The translations under genes and the position numbers were made by a program. Under the pieces are notes generated by a model, which was given only the letters and a program-made list of their open reading frames with translations, was not told the origin of the DNA and did no database searches. From positions 1 to 64,000 of the IMG/VR virus record IMGVR_UViG_3300005613_004097: DNA of 64,000 nucleotides; one strand, written 5' to 3'. Numbering within the stretch: position 1 is the first letter of the stretch; each line of letters starts with the position of its first letter. Shown in pieces: positions 19,378 through 28,402 of the stretch. This DNA is from a virus.

Positions 19378-21648
19378 TCAGATATTTGGAAATTGATATG
19401 TGAATTTTGTGATGTCAGAGTAAAAATATACTCTACCGTAAGATGAAGATGTACTTATACTATCTATGATATCGTTTTTTGTGTTGATATTATTAATGTT
19501 GGTTCTAACGAGTTTTGTTCCTTTCATATGATCTGCAACAAACTCTTCTATCATATCAAGTAATTTACCAGCTTTTGATTCTGGTATATTGAAAGATGAA
19601 AGTGATGATCCCCATTGATTTTTCGAATCGAATTCTTTTTTCAACATTTCTTTGAATTGTTCAAAGTCGATATTTGCAACTTGACTGAATTGTTTTTTGT
19701 ATTTTTCATAATCTTTTATGAATTTCTGAACGAACATATCATTGAAACGATTCACATCCTTTCTTATCATTTCAATATCCAATCTTGGTATTCTTTTCAT
19801 ATAATCAAATATTTGATCCGTGTCGAATTTATTGAAAAGTTGTTCGTATCTTTTGAAGACTTCAACAGCTCTTGCTGTTTTATTTTCATCACTGAAAGTA
19901 TTTATCACATCGTAAAGTTTCAATTCAACGGATGATCCACCATTTTCAAGACGGTCGATAATATCATTGTTGTAAATTTCATCTTTTATGAGTCTTACGT
20001 TACTATCAAAATTCTGTAACAGTTCCATATCTTCTTTTTTGAATATCTGTTTCATTCGCTTACTGGTCTTCTTTAACATATCAAAGTTTCTGATTGCCCA
20101 TCCTCGGAACTCATCGAATATTCTTACCAATCTTTTTGCATTATCGGTCAGTGGTTTCTTACTGAGTGATATATAGTTGTCAAAGAGTGAATCCTCGATG
20201 TATGTAAAGTTACCATCCTTTTGTTTTATCTTCGTGTTGTTGACAAGAACATCATTGTATCTGAAATACCTTCTTGTGATAGCAAGAGCGTTGTCTGAAT
20301 AACTTAAATTACTCAAATTTCTATCGATATCATCTGTGTGTGCATTATAATTGATCTCTTCTTCGACATCTTTCAGATAATCCCATTGAACTTCCCAAAA
20401 AATCTCTCTGATAGTGTCTTCTCTTAAGAACAATCTACTTGCCTTGACACCATTGAAAAGTCCGTCCTTTTCATCAAGTTCTTCGAACTCGTCATTGTAT
20501 GAGATATATAATGTGTCGTAATATGAGTTTTCGGGTTGCAATATCACAAGATATTTTGAATCCATGTCAAATATGCTGTAATCATCTTCTTTTGCATCAA
20601 CTTTATAAACCTCTTGAGATTTGAATCTATCACTTACATTTTCAAGTTGTTTTTTTATCTCAGTTGGAATATCTTTCAATTCTTCTTTTGATGGATAAAC
20701 ATCATCTATACTCTTTGGAAGTTTAGGATATTCACTTGCAACCATGTTATCGATCTCAAAATCATACTCAAAATCCATTCCTGGAAAATCATCTGTATCA
20801 TACGCATGATAATGACTTTCGATCAGTTCTCGTTTCTCCTCTTTTGTAAGATCATAAAAATCTTTTGATCCTAAAAAGTCACTCGATGGGAAATTTGCCC
20901 TATCGGCATTGTCTTCCATGTCAATGGCTTCTCCATATAAGACCATATAGCCAAGCCAGTTTTTGAAGTCCTGTCCGGTTTTTATTTTCTCGTTACTTCT
21001 CACAGGATCGATAGGGATCTGATATAATATATCATAAAGGTTCTGAAATGGAGTTCCTTTTACAGGATATTTTTTTCCATATACTTCAACATATGGTTCT
21101 ACTTCACCATCCAGTATCTTGACACATCTCTCTGGATCATTTCTTATGATGGTCAGCATTAAGAAACCTACAAGTCGGTTGATGTTCTGATGGACAAAAT
21201 CTGATTTCACATAGTCCATTTTGAAATATTTCATCAGAGATTCTTCTATTGCAAGAACCTCGATCTCTTCTATATTCTCACTCTCATCGAAGTCAAGCTC
21301 GTCATAGCTCTCAAAGTTCTTTTTGGTCACATTATAGATATTATGTAATATGTCATGTGCAATATGATTCGTAAGTGGTTCGAATTCTTTGAAACCTTCG
21401 ATAGTACCTGAATCTGTATCTCTTCCTCGGTTTCCACTACTTTGCGGGTTGATTATCTTCTGTATGAGATCTGAGGATTGTTTCAATATCTCATCTTCGG
21501 TTGCTAACTCATCAGGATCAACTTCAAGAATTTTCGCTATCTTTGCCCGGTTCTCGTTATACCATTTCAAGAATGTGGAAAAATCAATGTATTTGCTGAT
21601 CTTTTTTGATTGACTTTCTTTAATGAATGTGTCGTACTTCTTTATCAT
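19378..21648 (-). CDS. large acidic hypothetical protein (possible internal virion protein)
   Basis: ~756 aa, N-terminus MIKKYDTFIKES, TAATATATA upstream; HDxxH...E motif. Confidence 0.7.
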   Translation of the reverse strand: MIKKYDTFIKESQSKKISKYIDFSTFLKWYNENRAKIAKILEVDPDELATEDEILKQSSDLIQKIINPQSSGNRGRDTDSGTIEGFKEFEPLTNHIAHDILHNIYNVTKKNFESYDELDFDESENIEEIEVLAIEESLMKYFKMDYVKSDFVHQNINRLVGFLMLTIIRNDPERCVKILDGEVEPYVEVYGKKYPVKGTPFQNLYDILYQIPIDPVRSNEKIKTGQDFKNWLGYMVLYGEAIDMEDNADRANFPSSDFLGSKDFYDLTKEEKRELIESHYHAYDTDDFPGMDFEYDFEIDNMVASEYPKLPKSIDDVYPSKEELKDIPTEIKKQLENVSDRFKSQEVYKVDAKEDDYSIFDMDSKYLVILQPENSYYDTLYISYNDEFEELDEKDGLFNGVKASRLFLREDTIREIFWEVQWDYLKDVEEEINYNAHTDDIDRNLSNLSYSDNALAITRRYFRYNDVLVNNTKIKQKDGNFTYIEDSLFDNYISLSKKPLTDNAKRLVRIFDEFRGWAIRNFDMLKKTSKRMKQIFKKEDMELLQNFDSNVRLIKDEIYNNDIIDRLENGGSSVELKLYDVINTFSDENKTARAVEVFKRYEQLFNKFDTDQIFDYMKRIPRLDIEMIRKDVNRFNDMFVQKFIKDYEKYKKQFSQVANIDFEQFKEMLKKEFDSKNQWGSSLSSFNIPESKAGKLLDMIEEFVADHMKGTKLVRTNINNINTKNDIIDSISTSSSYGRVYFYSDITKFTYQFPNI

Positions 21649-21678
21649 ACACATATATATTAAGTCTTTCTATCGGTT

Positions 21679-23586
21679 TTAGGTGAATTTTTCAAATTTT
21701 ATCTTACCACAGTCGTAAACTTTTAATATATCAAGATCTGATTCTGATAATCCTGTTTTTGATTTTCTGAATCTGGATTTATGAATTCTTTTACCATCCA
21801 CGATATATTTGTAATCAGGATCGGTTTTGCTTGTATTTTTGAATCCTAAATTGAAATAGAGTCTTCCGATGCTCCAATCACTATCTGCATAGCTGATAAT
21901 TCTTTCGGGGTTGAATTCTTTTATGAAATAAGATAAAAGTTTAGAAGCACCACCTACTACTGATAAATTCAATTTGTTACAGAATCTCGACAAGTTCCAC
22001 TCATTATCCTTCATCTTCTTTCTACCTTCATTCTTATCGAATAACATAGTTGCAACTAATTCACTATCATGGTATAGACCTAACTTGACTTTTGAAGATA
22101 CGAATCCTTGTATATGATTTTTGTCTAGGAATTCCCTTACTGATCTTACATCATTGATTTCTTTCACATGACATTTCCTTGCAAATATTTTTCTATCAGT
22201 TCTTTCAATGATGTTTTTGATCATCGATTTTAGTATTTCTTGTTTGAATGTCCAATCATCCTCCCAAATATGTATGATTCGAATTTCCCTTTCTTTGAAA
22301 TGTTCTGTTTTATCTATGTGATAATTTTTGTCTTTCTTATCTGATGAATGCCAATATAATCCATTGAATTCAAATCCTAATTTTAATTCTGGTAGGTAAA
22401 TATCGATCTCTAATTCATCTCTATATGATCTCATAATTTCCCCTTCATATATAGAATCTATAAAATCATAAATTTGTGATTCTTTTATTGAGATGGACTT
22501 ATTTATAGGATGACAGATTGTGCAAAGTGGGACTTTCAAATAGATGCGGTGTAAGTAATTATCTGAACTTATCTCAAATTCATGTCCAATTTCACATTTG
22601 AAAAGGGAAATCCCATCACCAACATAACGAATAAAATTCTTATCATTATCAATTTTATTTTTGGATTTTCTAAATATTGGTAATTGTTGAATATTGTTAA
22701 CTCCAAATTTATCAATGTTTGACTTTTTAGCTTTTTCTTTAAATTCACTTGTTTTTGAATAGGATTCAAACCCATAAAGTTCTAAGTTTGTGTTAGATAT
22801 TCTCTCTTTATATTCATCTGTTTTTGAATAACTGTCATATCCATATCTTTCAATGTTTGTTCTGTATAATTTATCTTTAAAGTCTTTGTGTTGTGAATAA
22901 TATTCAACTCCGTATCTTTCTAAATTTGTTTTCTTTGTTTTTTCTTTAATTTCATCTGACTTCATTGGGTTATCAACACCCCAGTTCTTTCTCAGAGTTT
23001 TCTTTGCCTTTTCTTGAATTTCCTCTGACATCAGAGGGGAAACATATCCATATGTTTCAAGATTGGTTTTCTTTATTTTTTCTTTAACCTCTTCTGATTG
23101 TGATGCCTTTTCCACACCATATTTTTCAAGGTTTGTTTTTTTGGACTTTTCTTTTATTTCTTCTGATTGTAAACTCCACTCAACTCCATATTTTTTCAGG
23201 TTTGTTTCCTTTACACGAGTTTTATACTCATCAGTTTTGGTGTAATTATCAACCCCATATTTTTTCAGGTTTGTTTCTTTTATTTTTTCTTTGATAGTAT
23301 CGGATTTAAATGCGTGCTCAACCCCGAATCGTTCGATGTTTGTTTTTTTTCTTTTATCCTTTACTCGATCAAGTTGTGATGGATTTTCAACTCCTTCACT
23401 TTCTAATAAAATTTGTTTTCTTTTTTCATAAGCACATTTTCTCGAACAAGAGAATTTATTGCCCTTTGTAAAGCTACGGTTATAGAGCTTGTAACTTACT
23501 TTTACTTCGGTGCCACAGAAATCGCAGATGGCATCCACCTTTTTATTCGATCCTTTGGGTAATCCCTCAACATTTGTTATCAACAT
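21679..23586 (-). CDS. putative homing endonuclease with KTNLEKYGV repeats and Vsr-like nuclease domain
   Basis: About ten 'KTNLE(K/R)YGV....S.EIKEK' repeats, Cys pairs, 'EIDIYLPELKLGFEFNGLYWHS', 'IHIWEDDW'. Confidence 0.7.
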   Translation of the reverse strand: MLITNVEGLPKGSNKKVDAICDFCGTEVKVSYKLYNRSFTKGNKFSCSRKCAYEKRKQILLESEGVENPSQLDRVKDKRKKTNIERFGVEHAFKSDTIKEKIKETNLKKYGVDNYTKTDEYKTRVKETNLKKYGVEWSLQSEEIKEKSKKTNLEKYGVEKASQSEEVKEKIKKTNLETYGYVSPLMSEEIQEKAKKTLRKNWGVDNPMKSDEIKEKTKKTNLERYGVEYYSQHKDFKDKLYRTNIERYGYDSYSKTDEYKERISNTNLELYGFESYSKTSEFKEKAKKSNIDKFGVNNIQQLPIFRKSKNKIDNDKNFIRYVGDGISLFKCEIGHEFEISSDNYLHRIYLKVPLCTICHPINKSISIKESQIYDFIDSIYEGEIMRSYRDELEIDIYLPELKLGFEFNGLYWHSSDKKDKNYHIDKTEHFKEREIRIIHIWEDDWTFKQEILKSMIKNIIERTDRKIFARKCHVKEINDVRSVREFLDKNHIQGFVSSKVKLGLYHDSELVATMLFDKNEGRKKMKDNEWNLSRFCNKLNLSVVGGASKLLSYFIKEFNPERIISYADSDWSIGRLYFNLGFKNTSKTDPDYKYIVDGKRIHKSRFRKSKTGLSESDLDILKVYDCGKIKFEKFT

Positions 23587-23621
23587 AGAACATATGAGTG
23601 TTTTTTTACATATGTATATAT

Positions 23622-23655
23622 AAAAAAACGGATATGTTTTTAAACACATCCGTTT
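23622..23655 (-). terminator. probable terminator
   Basis: AAACGGAT...ATCCGTTT inverted repeat with A-tract, downstream of the VWA gene. Confidence 0.6.
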
Positions 23656-23676
23656 GAGTTGTGAATGAAGATGTTT

Positions 23677-25116
23677 TTAGTGTGTCTCTTCCAACACGAT
23701 CTGCTTCACACCTTTCTTGCTGTTCGAAGAAACTGGAACCTCAACACCAACGGTTATCATTAGCACTTTTCCCTTCACTTTTGATAGGTCAAGAACATCT
23801 GTATATCCGTCAGTCAAAATAACGGTATTGAAATCGTTATAATGTTCGACCACATAATCAACTGAAGGCTGGAGTACAGTTCCGCCAAGTCCTCTGATCT
23901 TCATTGTTTCAAGTTGTTTCTTCTTTTTGAAGTTCTCAACCCATTTCACATCAGTGTCTCCTTGAATGAAGTTGATCTCGATGTCGTTTTGATAAACATA
24001 ACTAAGTACCTTTTCGAATGTTCCCTGACCACCCATCGATCCGGAAGTATCAAGGATAACATTGATCTTGGTTTTCACTTTTCGATTACCTTTCAATCCT
24101 TTGATACCTCTTCGATTTGGCTTAACGATCGTTTTCATCTTTCTTGTACCGAATATCATGTTACTGACAGATCTTTTGATCTCTTTCAAGTAATCCTTTC
24201 TTTTCTTTTGTAGTCGGTTCAAGGTTGTTTCAATGTCACCTGATGCCAATCCTCTTGCTGCCAATTTATCCATTACATCTCGGACGATTGATTCTCTCAT
24301 CTCCTCAGGAACTTCATCAACCATGTGTGAATCAAGATATTCACCATTGTTGTTTTCCATGTCTTGGAAGATCTGCTCTTTCGACCAGGTATCGATTGAT
24401 CCTTTTTCATCCTTTGGGTTCTGTCCATATGGACCGTATGATGGTTTTCCGGTTGAGTCTTTACCACCTTTGTTTCCAGTTCCGTTACAATCTTCACAAG
24501 ATTCTCCTTGGCCTTGTCCATCACCTTGGCCTTGTCCATCACCTTGGCTTTGGTCTTGTCCTTGACCATCTTGTTTCTGACCGGTTCCGTTACAGGACTG
24601 ACATTCTTGTTGTTGTTGATTTGACTTTTCCCACTTTTCTTTTTCTTCTTTCAACCAAGCATAAACTTCTTCGAAGATGAGTTTTCCTTTGTATTCTTTT
24701 GGAATGAAAAGAGCCATGTTCTTCCCATCTTCATTTTTAGGAATCTCAACAAAATCGTGAGAAATATCATCCCATATGATGTGGTTGATGATCATATCCT
24801 GTGCGATATTGGCAAGTTTATGATCGTACAGACCAGCAACTGTTCTTTTAGGGTGATTGAAAAGAAGGTGAAAATCTTCGTGAAGTGTCACGAAATTTAC
24901 CTCTTTCTGTGAAAGGTTTTCAAGGAATTTAGGAGAGTAGAAGAAATTCATACCCTTTGTTGTAACATTCACACCACAAGTTGGAATTGAGTTGCTTTCA
25001 TGGAAGTTGATGTTCAAGTTGAATTCACCGTAGTATGGAAGTCCAACTCGAGTATCGATAAGCATTTCCTGAATCGAGGTAAGTAATTTTTCGTGTAGAT
25101 TTTTTTTGATTATCAT
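23677..25116 (-). CDS. DUF2201-type metallopeptidase-like + VWA protein (MoxR partner)
   Basis: LHEDFH (HExxH), 'NIAQDMIIN', CxxCNGTG x2 with GQ linker, MIDAS DTSGSM, 'GGT', 'LTDG'. Confidence 0.85.
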   Translation of the reverse strand: MIIKKNLHEKLLTSIQEMLIDTRVGLPYYGEFNLNINFHESNSIPTCGVNVTTKGMNFFYSPKFLENLSQKEVNFVTLHEDFHLLFNHPKRTVAGLYDHKLANIAQDMIINHIIWDDISHDFVEIPKNEDGKNMALFIPKEYKGKLIFEEVYAWLKEEKEKWEKSNQQQQECQSCNGTGQKQDGQGQDQSQGDGQGQGDGQGQGESCEDCNGTGNKGGKDSTGKPSYGPYGQNPKDEKGSIDTWSKEQIFQDMENNNGEYLDSHMVDEVPEEMRESIVRDVMDKLAARGLASGDIETTLNRLQKKRKDYLKEIKRSVSNMIFGTRKMKTIVKPNRRGIKGLKGNRKVKTKINVILDTSGSMGGQGTFEKVLSYVYQNDIEINFIQGDTDVKWVENFKKKKQLETMKIRGLGGTVLQPSVDYVVEHYNDFNTVILTDGYTDVLDLSKVKGKVLMITVGVEVPVSSNSKKGVKQIVLEETH

Positions 25117-25174
25117 TTGATATATATTAAGATTTTCTTGATTTGATTACAAATATAAGGAAATTTATCCAATT

Positions 25175-26701
25175 TCAAACAATTGAATCAGGATAATTTG
25201 TTCTCATGTATTGTTCGATTGATTGACCGCCTACTTGAAAACTGTCATCCATAAAGTCTTGGAAATTAGGATCGAATTTCACGCCTTGTTTCACAAGTTC
25301 TCGAATGATGTCAACTGCACTTGTCAATTGTGAATTTGTGAATGTTGATTCCATTTCCTCATCGAATCCTTTAAGGTTCATAAGGTATTCTGAATGTTGG
25401 TCATATTGACATCCTTCATTGTCCCAGTATGATTTTGGTTGAATTGCCATGATGGTATTACTTGGAGACATTTGTGATGGATCATCGGTCATTGCAAATA
25501 TGAATTCATCTCCACATTCATAACCCATCATTTCTTCAAATTCTTCACGTGCCTCTTCTCTCATTTCGATATCATCATCTTGTTCGTCCTGTTGGTCAAA
25601 TTCAGATTTGTATGAAACTGATCCGGATAGTTCATCAAACTCGGCATTCTGTTCGAATCCAAGTTTGATCATTTTATCGACAAGCTTGTGCCATTTCAAT
25701 TCGCCTCGGTATCTGATGTGATTCGATTCTACGATCTCGTATTTTCCAAGAGGGTCAAGTTGCTCAACAATATCAGTTAATAGATTTCTATCAATGTCTT
25801 TGCTTTCGAGGTCATCTTTCGGTGCAAGTTTGATATCATAGAATCCTTCTGTGAGTAGGTTCATTACCGCATCAACATTCAGGTTCATCACAGGTGCAAG
25901 TTTATTCACAACCTCTCTTGTTTTTTCATCATCTTGAATATCATTTTTTTGTTCAACAGAAACATAAAAAACGACACCGTTTTCTTCCTTTTTTGGAGTC
26001 ATTGAGTCCAATCGAGTGTTCAGTATTCTGATCTCTTCTTCTAATTTCAGAATATTCTTTTCTGCAGTATCCTTTTGGAATCTTGACTTTTTAAGACTTT
26101 CCAATTCCTTTTCAAGTCGTTCTTCAAGTTCTCTTTGTTTGTGTCTTTTTGTTTCTTCAAGAGCATCTTGCATCATTTGAACATGTAGTGGAACTTGCTG
26201 AGTTTGTGCATCTTCTGCTGTTTCTGTTTGTGTTTCCTCTGATTCATCATTTGATTCTTCCTGCTCAATATCTTCACTATCGAACAGTGATTGTAAGAAT
26301 GACTTTGCTTTTGAGGATGCTTTTGGAGTTTCTGTTAACATATTTTTCAATTTATCAATGGGTTTTTCAATTTCTGTCTGTACACTCAAATAAACAGGTT
26401 TATCATCTTCTGTTTTGAATCTGAGTGATGATATGACCATTTTTTTGGCGAAAGGTGAGATTTTCTTCTCACATAGTTCGTCCAATAGTCTTTGTTTCAT
26501 AGCATCATCACATTGGTTGGTATCAACTTCGTCAAAATCAATAGATCCATCATCATGAATGGTCATTTTGAACTTGATATTTTCCAAAACACCACTTAGT
26601 TGTTCTGCATCAATGAATGCAGTTTCGGTGTGCAATCTTACATTTTGCTTTGCTGTGATGAATGATTCGAATTTTGTCTTGGGTGTGTATTTTCCTTTCA
26701 T
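25175..26701 (-). CDS. hypothetical protein with central coiled coil
   Basis: 508-aa ORF; promoter motif at 26720-26727. Confidence 0.7.
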   Translation of the reverse strand: MKGKYTPKTKFESFITAKQNVRLHTETAFIDAEQLSGVLENIKFKMTIHDDGSIDFDEVDTNQCDDAMKQRLLDELCEKKISPFAKKMVISSLRFKTEDDKPVYLSVQTEIEKPIDKLKNMLTETPKASSKAKSFLQSLFDSEDIEQEESNDESEETQTETAEDAQTQQVPLHVQMMQDALEETKRHKQRELEERLEKELESLKKSRFQKDTAEKNILKLEEEIRILNTRLDSMTPKKEENGVVFYVSVEQKNDIQDDEKTREVVNKLAPVMNLNVDAVMNLLTEGFYDIKLAPKDDLESKDIDRNLLTDIVEQLDPLGKYEIVESNHIRYRGELKWHKLVDKMIKLGFEQNAEFDELSGSVSYKSEFDQQDEQDDDIEMREEAREEFEEMMGYECGDEFIFAMTDDPSQMSPSNTIMAIQPKSYWDNEGCQYDQHSEYLMNLKGFDEEMESTFTNSQLTSAVDIIRELVKQGVKFDPNFQDFMDDSFQVGGQSIEQYMRTNYPDSIV

Positions 26702-26790
26702 TTTTGAGATTTTATTTTACAAATGTAATTATATTATTTTAATTATCAAATTTTATTTTAATTTCTGTCGATAAAAAGTTGGTGGGAGAA

Positions 26791-27132
26791 GGTGTGCTTA
26801 CCTCTATTGTGAGAATGGAGAAAAAGTGGTCAGGTGTTCCTACCTTTGATTTTAGATGTTGTTCCACCTCGTTTTACTATCAACAAACACCAATTCGGGG
26901 TGTTCCTACCTTTGATTTTAGATGTTGTTCCACCTCAGGAAACCTCTTAACATTTAAGAGCGAGGGTGTTCCTACCTTTGATTTTAGATGTTGTTCCACC
27001 AGTGAAGGGTACATGCTTGATGGAAAGCCGGGTGTTCCTACCTTTGATTTTAGATGTTGTTCCACCAAGCATAGCAGTCCAACGTATCGCCATTCAGGTG
27101 TTCCTACCTTTGATTTTAGATGTTGTTCCACC
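26791..27132 (-). CRISPR. orphan CRISPR-like array: 5 identical 36-bp repeats, four 30-bp spacers, plus a fifth 30-bp spacer and a truncated terminal repeat
   Basis: Repeat (+) GGTGTTCCTACCTTTGATTTTAGATGTTGTTCCACC at 26833, 26899, 26965, 27031, 27097; unique 30-nt spacers; 12-nt degenerate repeat at 26791-26802; no cas genes recognised in the window. Confidence 0.85.
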
Positions 27133-27425
27133 AGGAACTTTATAATTGCTTGAATGTCAGTCCTTTCCAGTGAAAATTCGTTTGAAAAAATGGACCAAAA
27201 ACCATCCCATCTTACCCGAAGAGTATCATTTTCCAAATCCTGTTCCATAACATATCGATCACCTTGCATGAAGAAATAGGAATTTGGCCACTTTTCGGTA
27301 GTTTTAATCTGAAATCCTTCAAGGTTTTGATCAACCACTTGTTTCATTTTCTCATAGGAGGTTTTGTAGGGCCATTCAGAAATGCCCATTTCCCAAAATT
27401 TGATTTTTCTTAATTGCTGTTTCAT
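26880..27425 (-). CDS. small hypothetical protein whose 3' end runs in frame into the repeat array
   Basis: ~98-aa unique part, then VEQHLKSKVGTP x4 separated by translated spacers; coupled to the upstream gene. Confidence 0.75.
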   Translation of the reverse strand: MKQQLRKIKFWEMGISEWPYKTSYEKMKQVVDQNLEGFQIKTTEKWPNSYFFMQGDRYVMEQDLENDTLRVRWDGFWSIFSNEFSLERTDIQAIIKFLVEQHLKSKVGTPEWRYVGLLCLVEQHLKSKVGTPGFPSSMYPSLVEQHLKSKVGTPSLLNVKRFPEVEQHLKSKVGTPRIGVC

Positions 27426-27775
27426 TATAGTATCTGTCTTAATCTTATATTTCTTACCTCTTTCTGAGTGTAGGGTTCAGGAATGTTCAGGTCCTTATGT
27501 AATGTTTCTATATTTCTTATCTGATCCTTGGTTAGTGATCCTATTGAAAGGTTTCGCATTCTTGCTTCGTTTAATTCTCTTAGTGCGTCCAATCTCCTTA
27601 CATTATCTAAAACTAGTTCGTCTGATGAGTCGTGTTTTGCAACGGTCAATGCGGTCAATATCACTCTTTCTTCCAATGTGAGGTCTTTTGTTGCTATTGG
27701 ATTTACATTCATGTCCAAGAAGACTTTTCTTATCTTGTCCTTTGTTTCTTCTGTCATTGTTTCATGTAACATCAT
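27425..27775 (-). CDS. hypothetical protein
   Basis: 116 aa, ends VRNIRLRQIL. Confidence 0.65.
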   Translation of the reverse strand: MMLHETMTEETKDKIRKVFLDMNVNPIATKDLTLEERVILTALTVAKHDSSDELVLDNVRRLDALRELNEARMRNLSIGSLTKDQIRNIETLHKDLNIPEPYTQKEVRNIRLRQIL

Positions 27776-28365
27776 GATATCTTTAATTTAAAATATCTCT
27801 TGTATTGTTTTATTGTCCAATTGTTCTCTTTTAAGAATAGGATCACCGCAGTTATTACTCCTATGAGGTGCGCTGTGTGTGCAGTTCGTTCTAATGGGAA
27901 CCATAGATGGTAGATTTCTTTCGATATCATGAACCAGAAAATCCATGTCAGGGGTATCAGGTTGTAGAATTTTACAGTCGGGTTTATAAGAAAATGATAA
28001 GTGAATACGCCAAATACTGCACCACTTGCTCCTACCATTGTTCCTTCTTTGAACAACATATATCCGATTGCAGATACGATACCCATCAATATATAATATC
28101 TTAGAAATTTTCTTGGTCCCAAATCAATTTCGACAGTTGGAGCAAATAAAAGTAGGAATATCATATTGGAGAAGATATGGTTGATATCAGCATGTAAGAA
28201 CATGTAGGTCACCAGTTGGATAGGATTGAATCCGTCTCCTATCGAGTGTAAAGCGAACATCTCGACAATTATTTCAATGAGTTTGTCTGGTAATAAGTAA
28301 ATGGATAAAAGTGAAACAATGTTTATCCAAAAGATTCGTTTTGTGTAGTAAGTGCCTATGAACAT
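27772..28365 (-). CDS. rhomboid intramembrane serine protease
   Basis: 'TYMFLHA...HIFSNM', GASG catalytic Ser, 'AHTAHLIG'; hydrophobic; promoter motif at 28382-28389. Confidence 0.9.
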   Translation of the reverse strand: MFIGTYYTKRIFWINIVSLLSIYLLPDKLIEIIVEMFALHSIGDGFNPIQLVTYMFLHADINHIFSNMIFLLLFAPTVEIDLGPRKFLRYYILMGIVSAIGYMLFKEGTMVGASGAVFGVFTYHFLINPTVKFYNLIPLTWIFWFMISKEIYHLWFPLERTAHTAHLIGVITAVILFLKENNWTIKQYKRYFKLKIS

Positions 28366-28402
28366 TCAATTAAGTTTTACACAAATGTAATCAAATTATT
28401 CG

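Noticed and set aside
24500-24570. Short 18-bp tandem repeat (ccttggccttgtccatca)
   Set aside because: Encodes the GQGDGQ linker inside the VWA protein.
26874-26882. Three consecutive stops (TGA TAG TAA) ending the array-spanning ORF
   Set aside because: They lie within one spacer and are equally explained as an off-frame reading of GTT GAT AGT AAA; no evidence of selection.
26791-27132. TIGR array or DGR template/variable repeat
   Set aside because: The unit is 36 constant + 30 variable nt, with no dual short spacers or box C/D-like motifs, no adenine-specific variation, and no reverse transcriptase in the window.
26779-27153. Plus-strand 124-aa ORF across the array
   Set aside because: TTG start, antisense to the surrounding operon; the open frame follows from the 66-nt period and a stop-free repeat.
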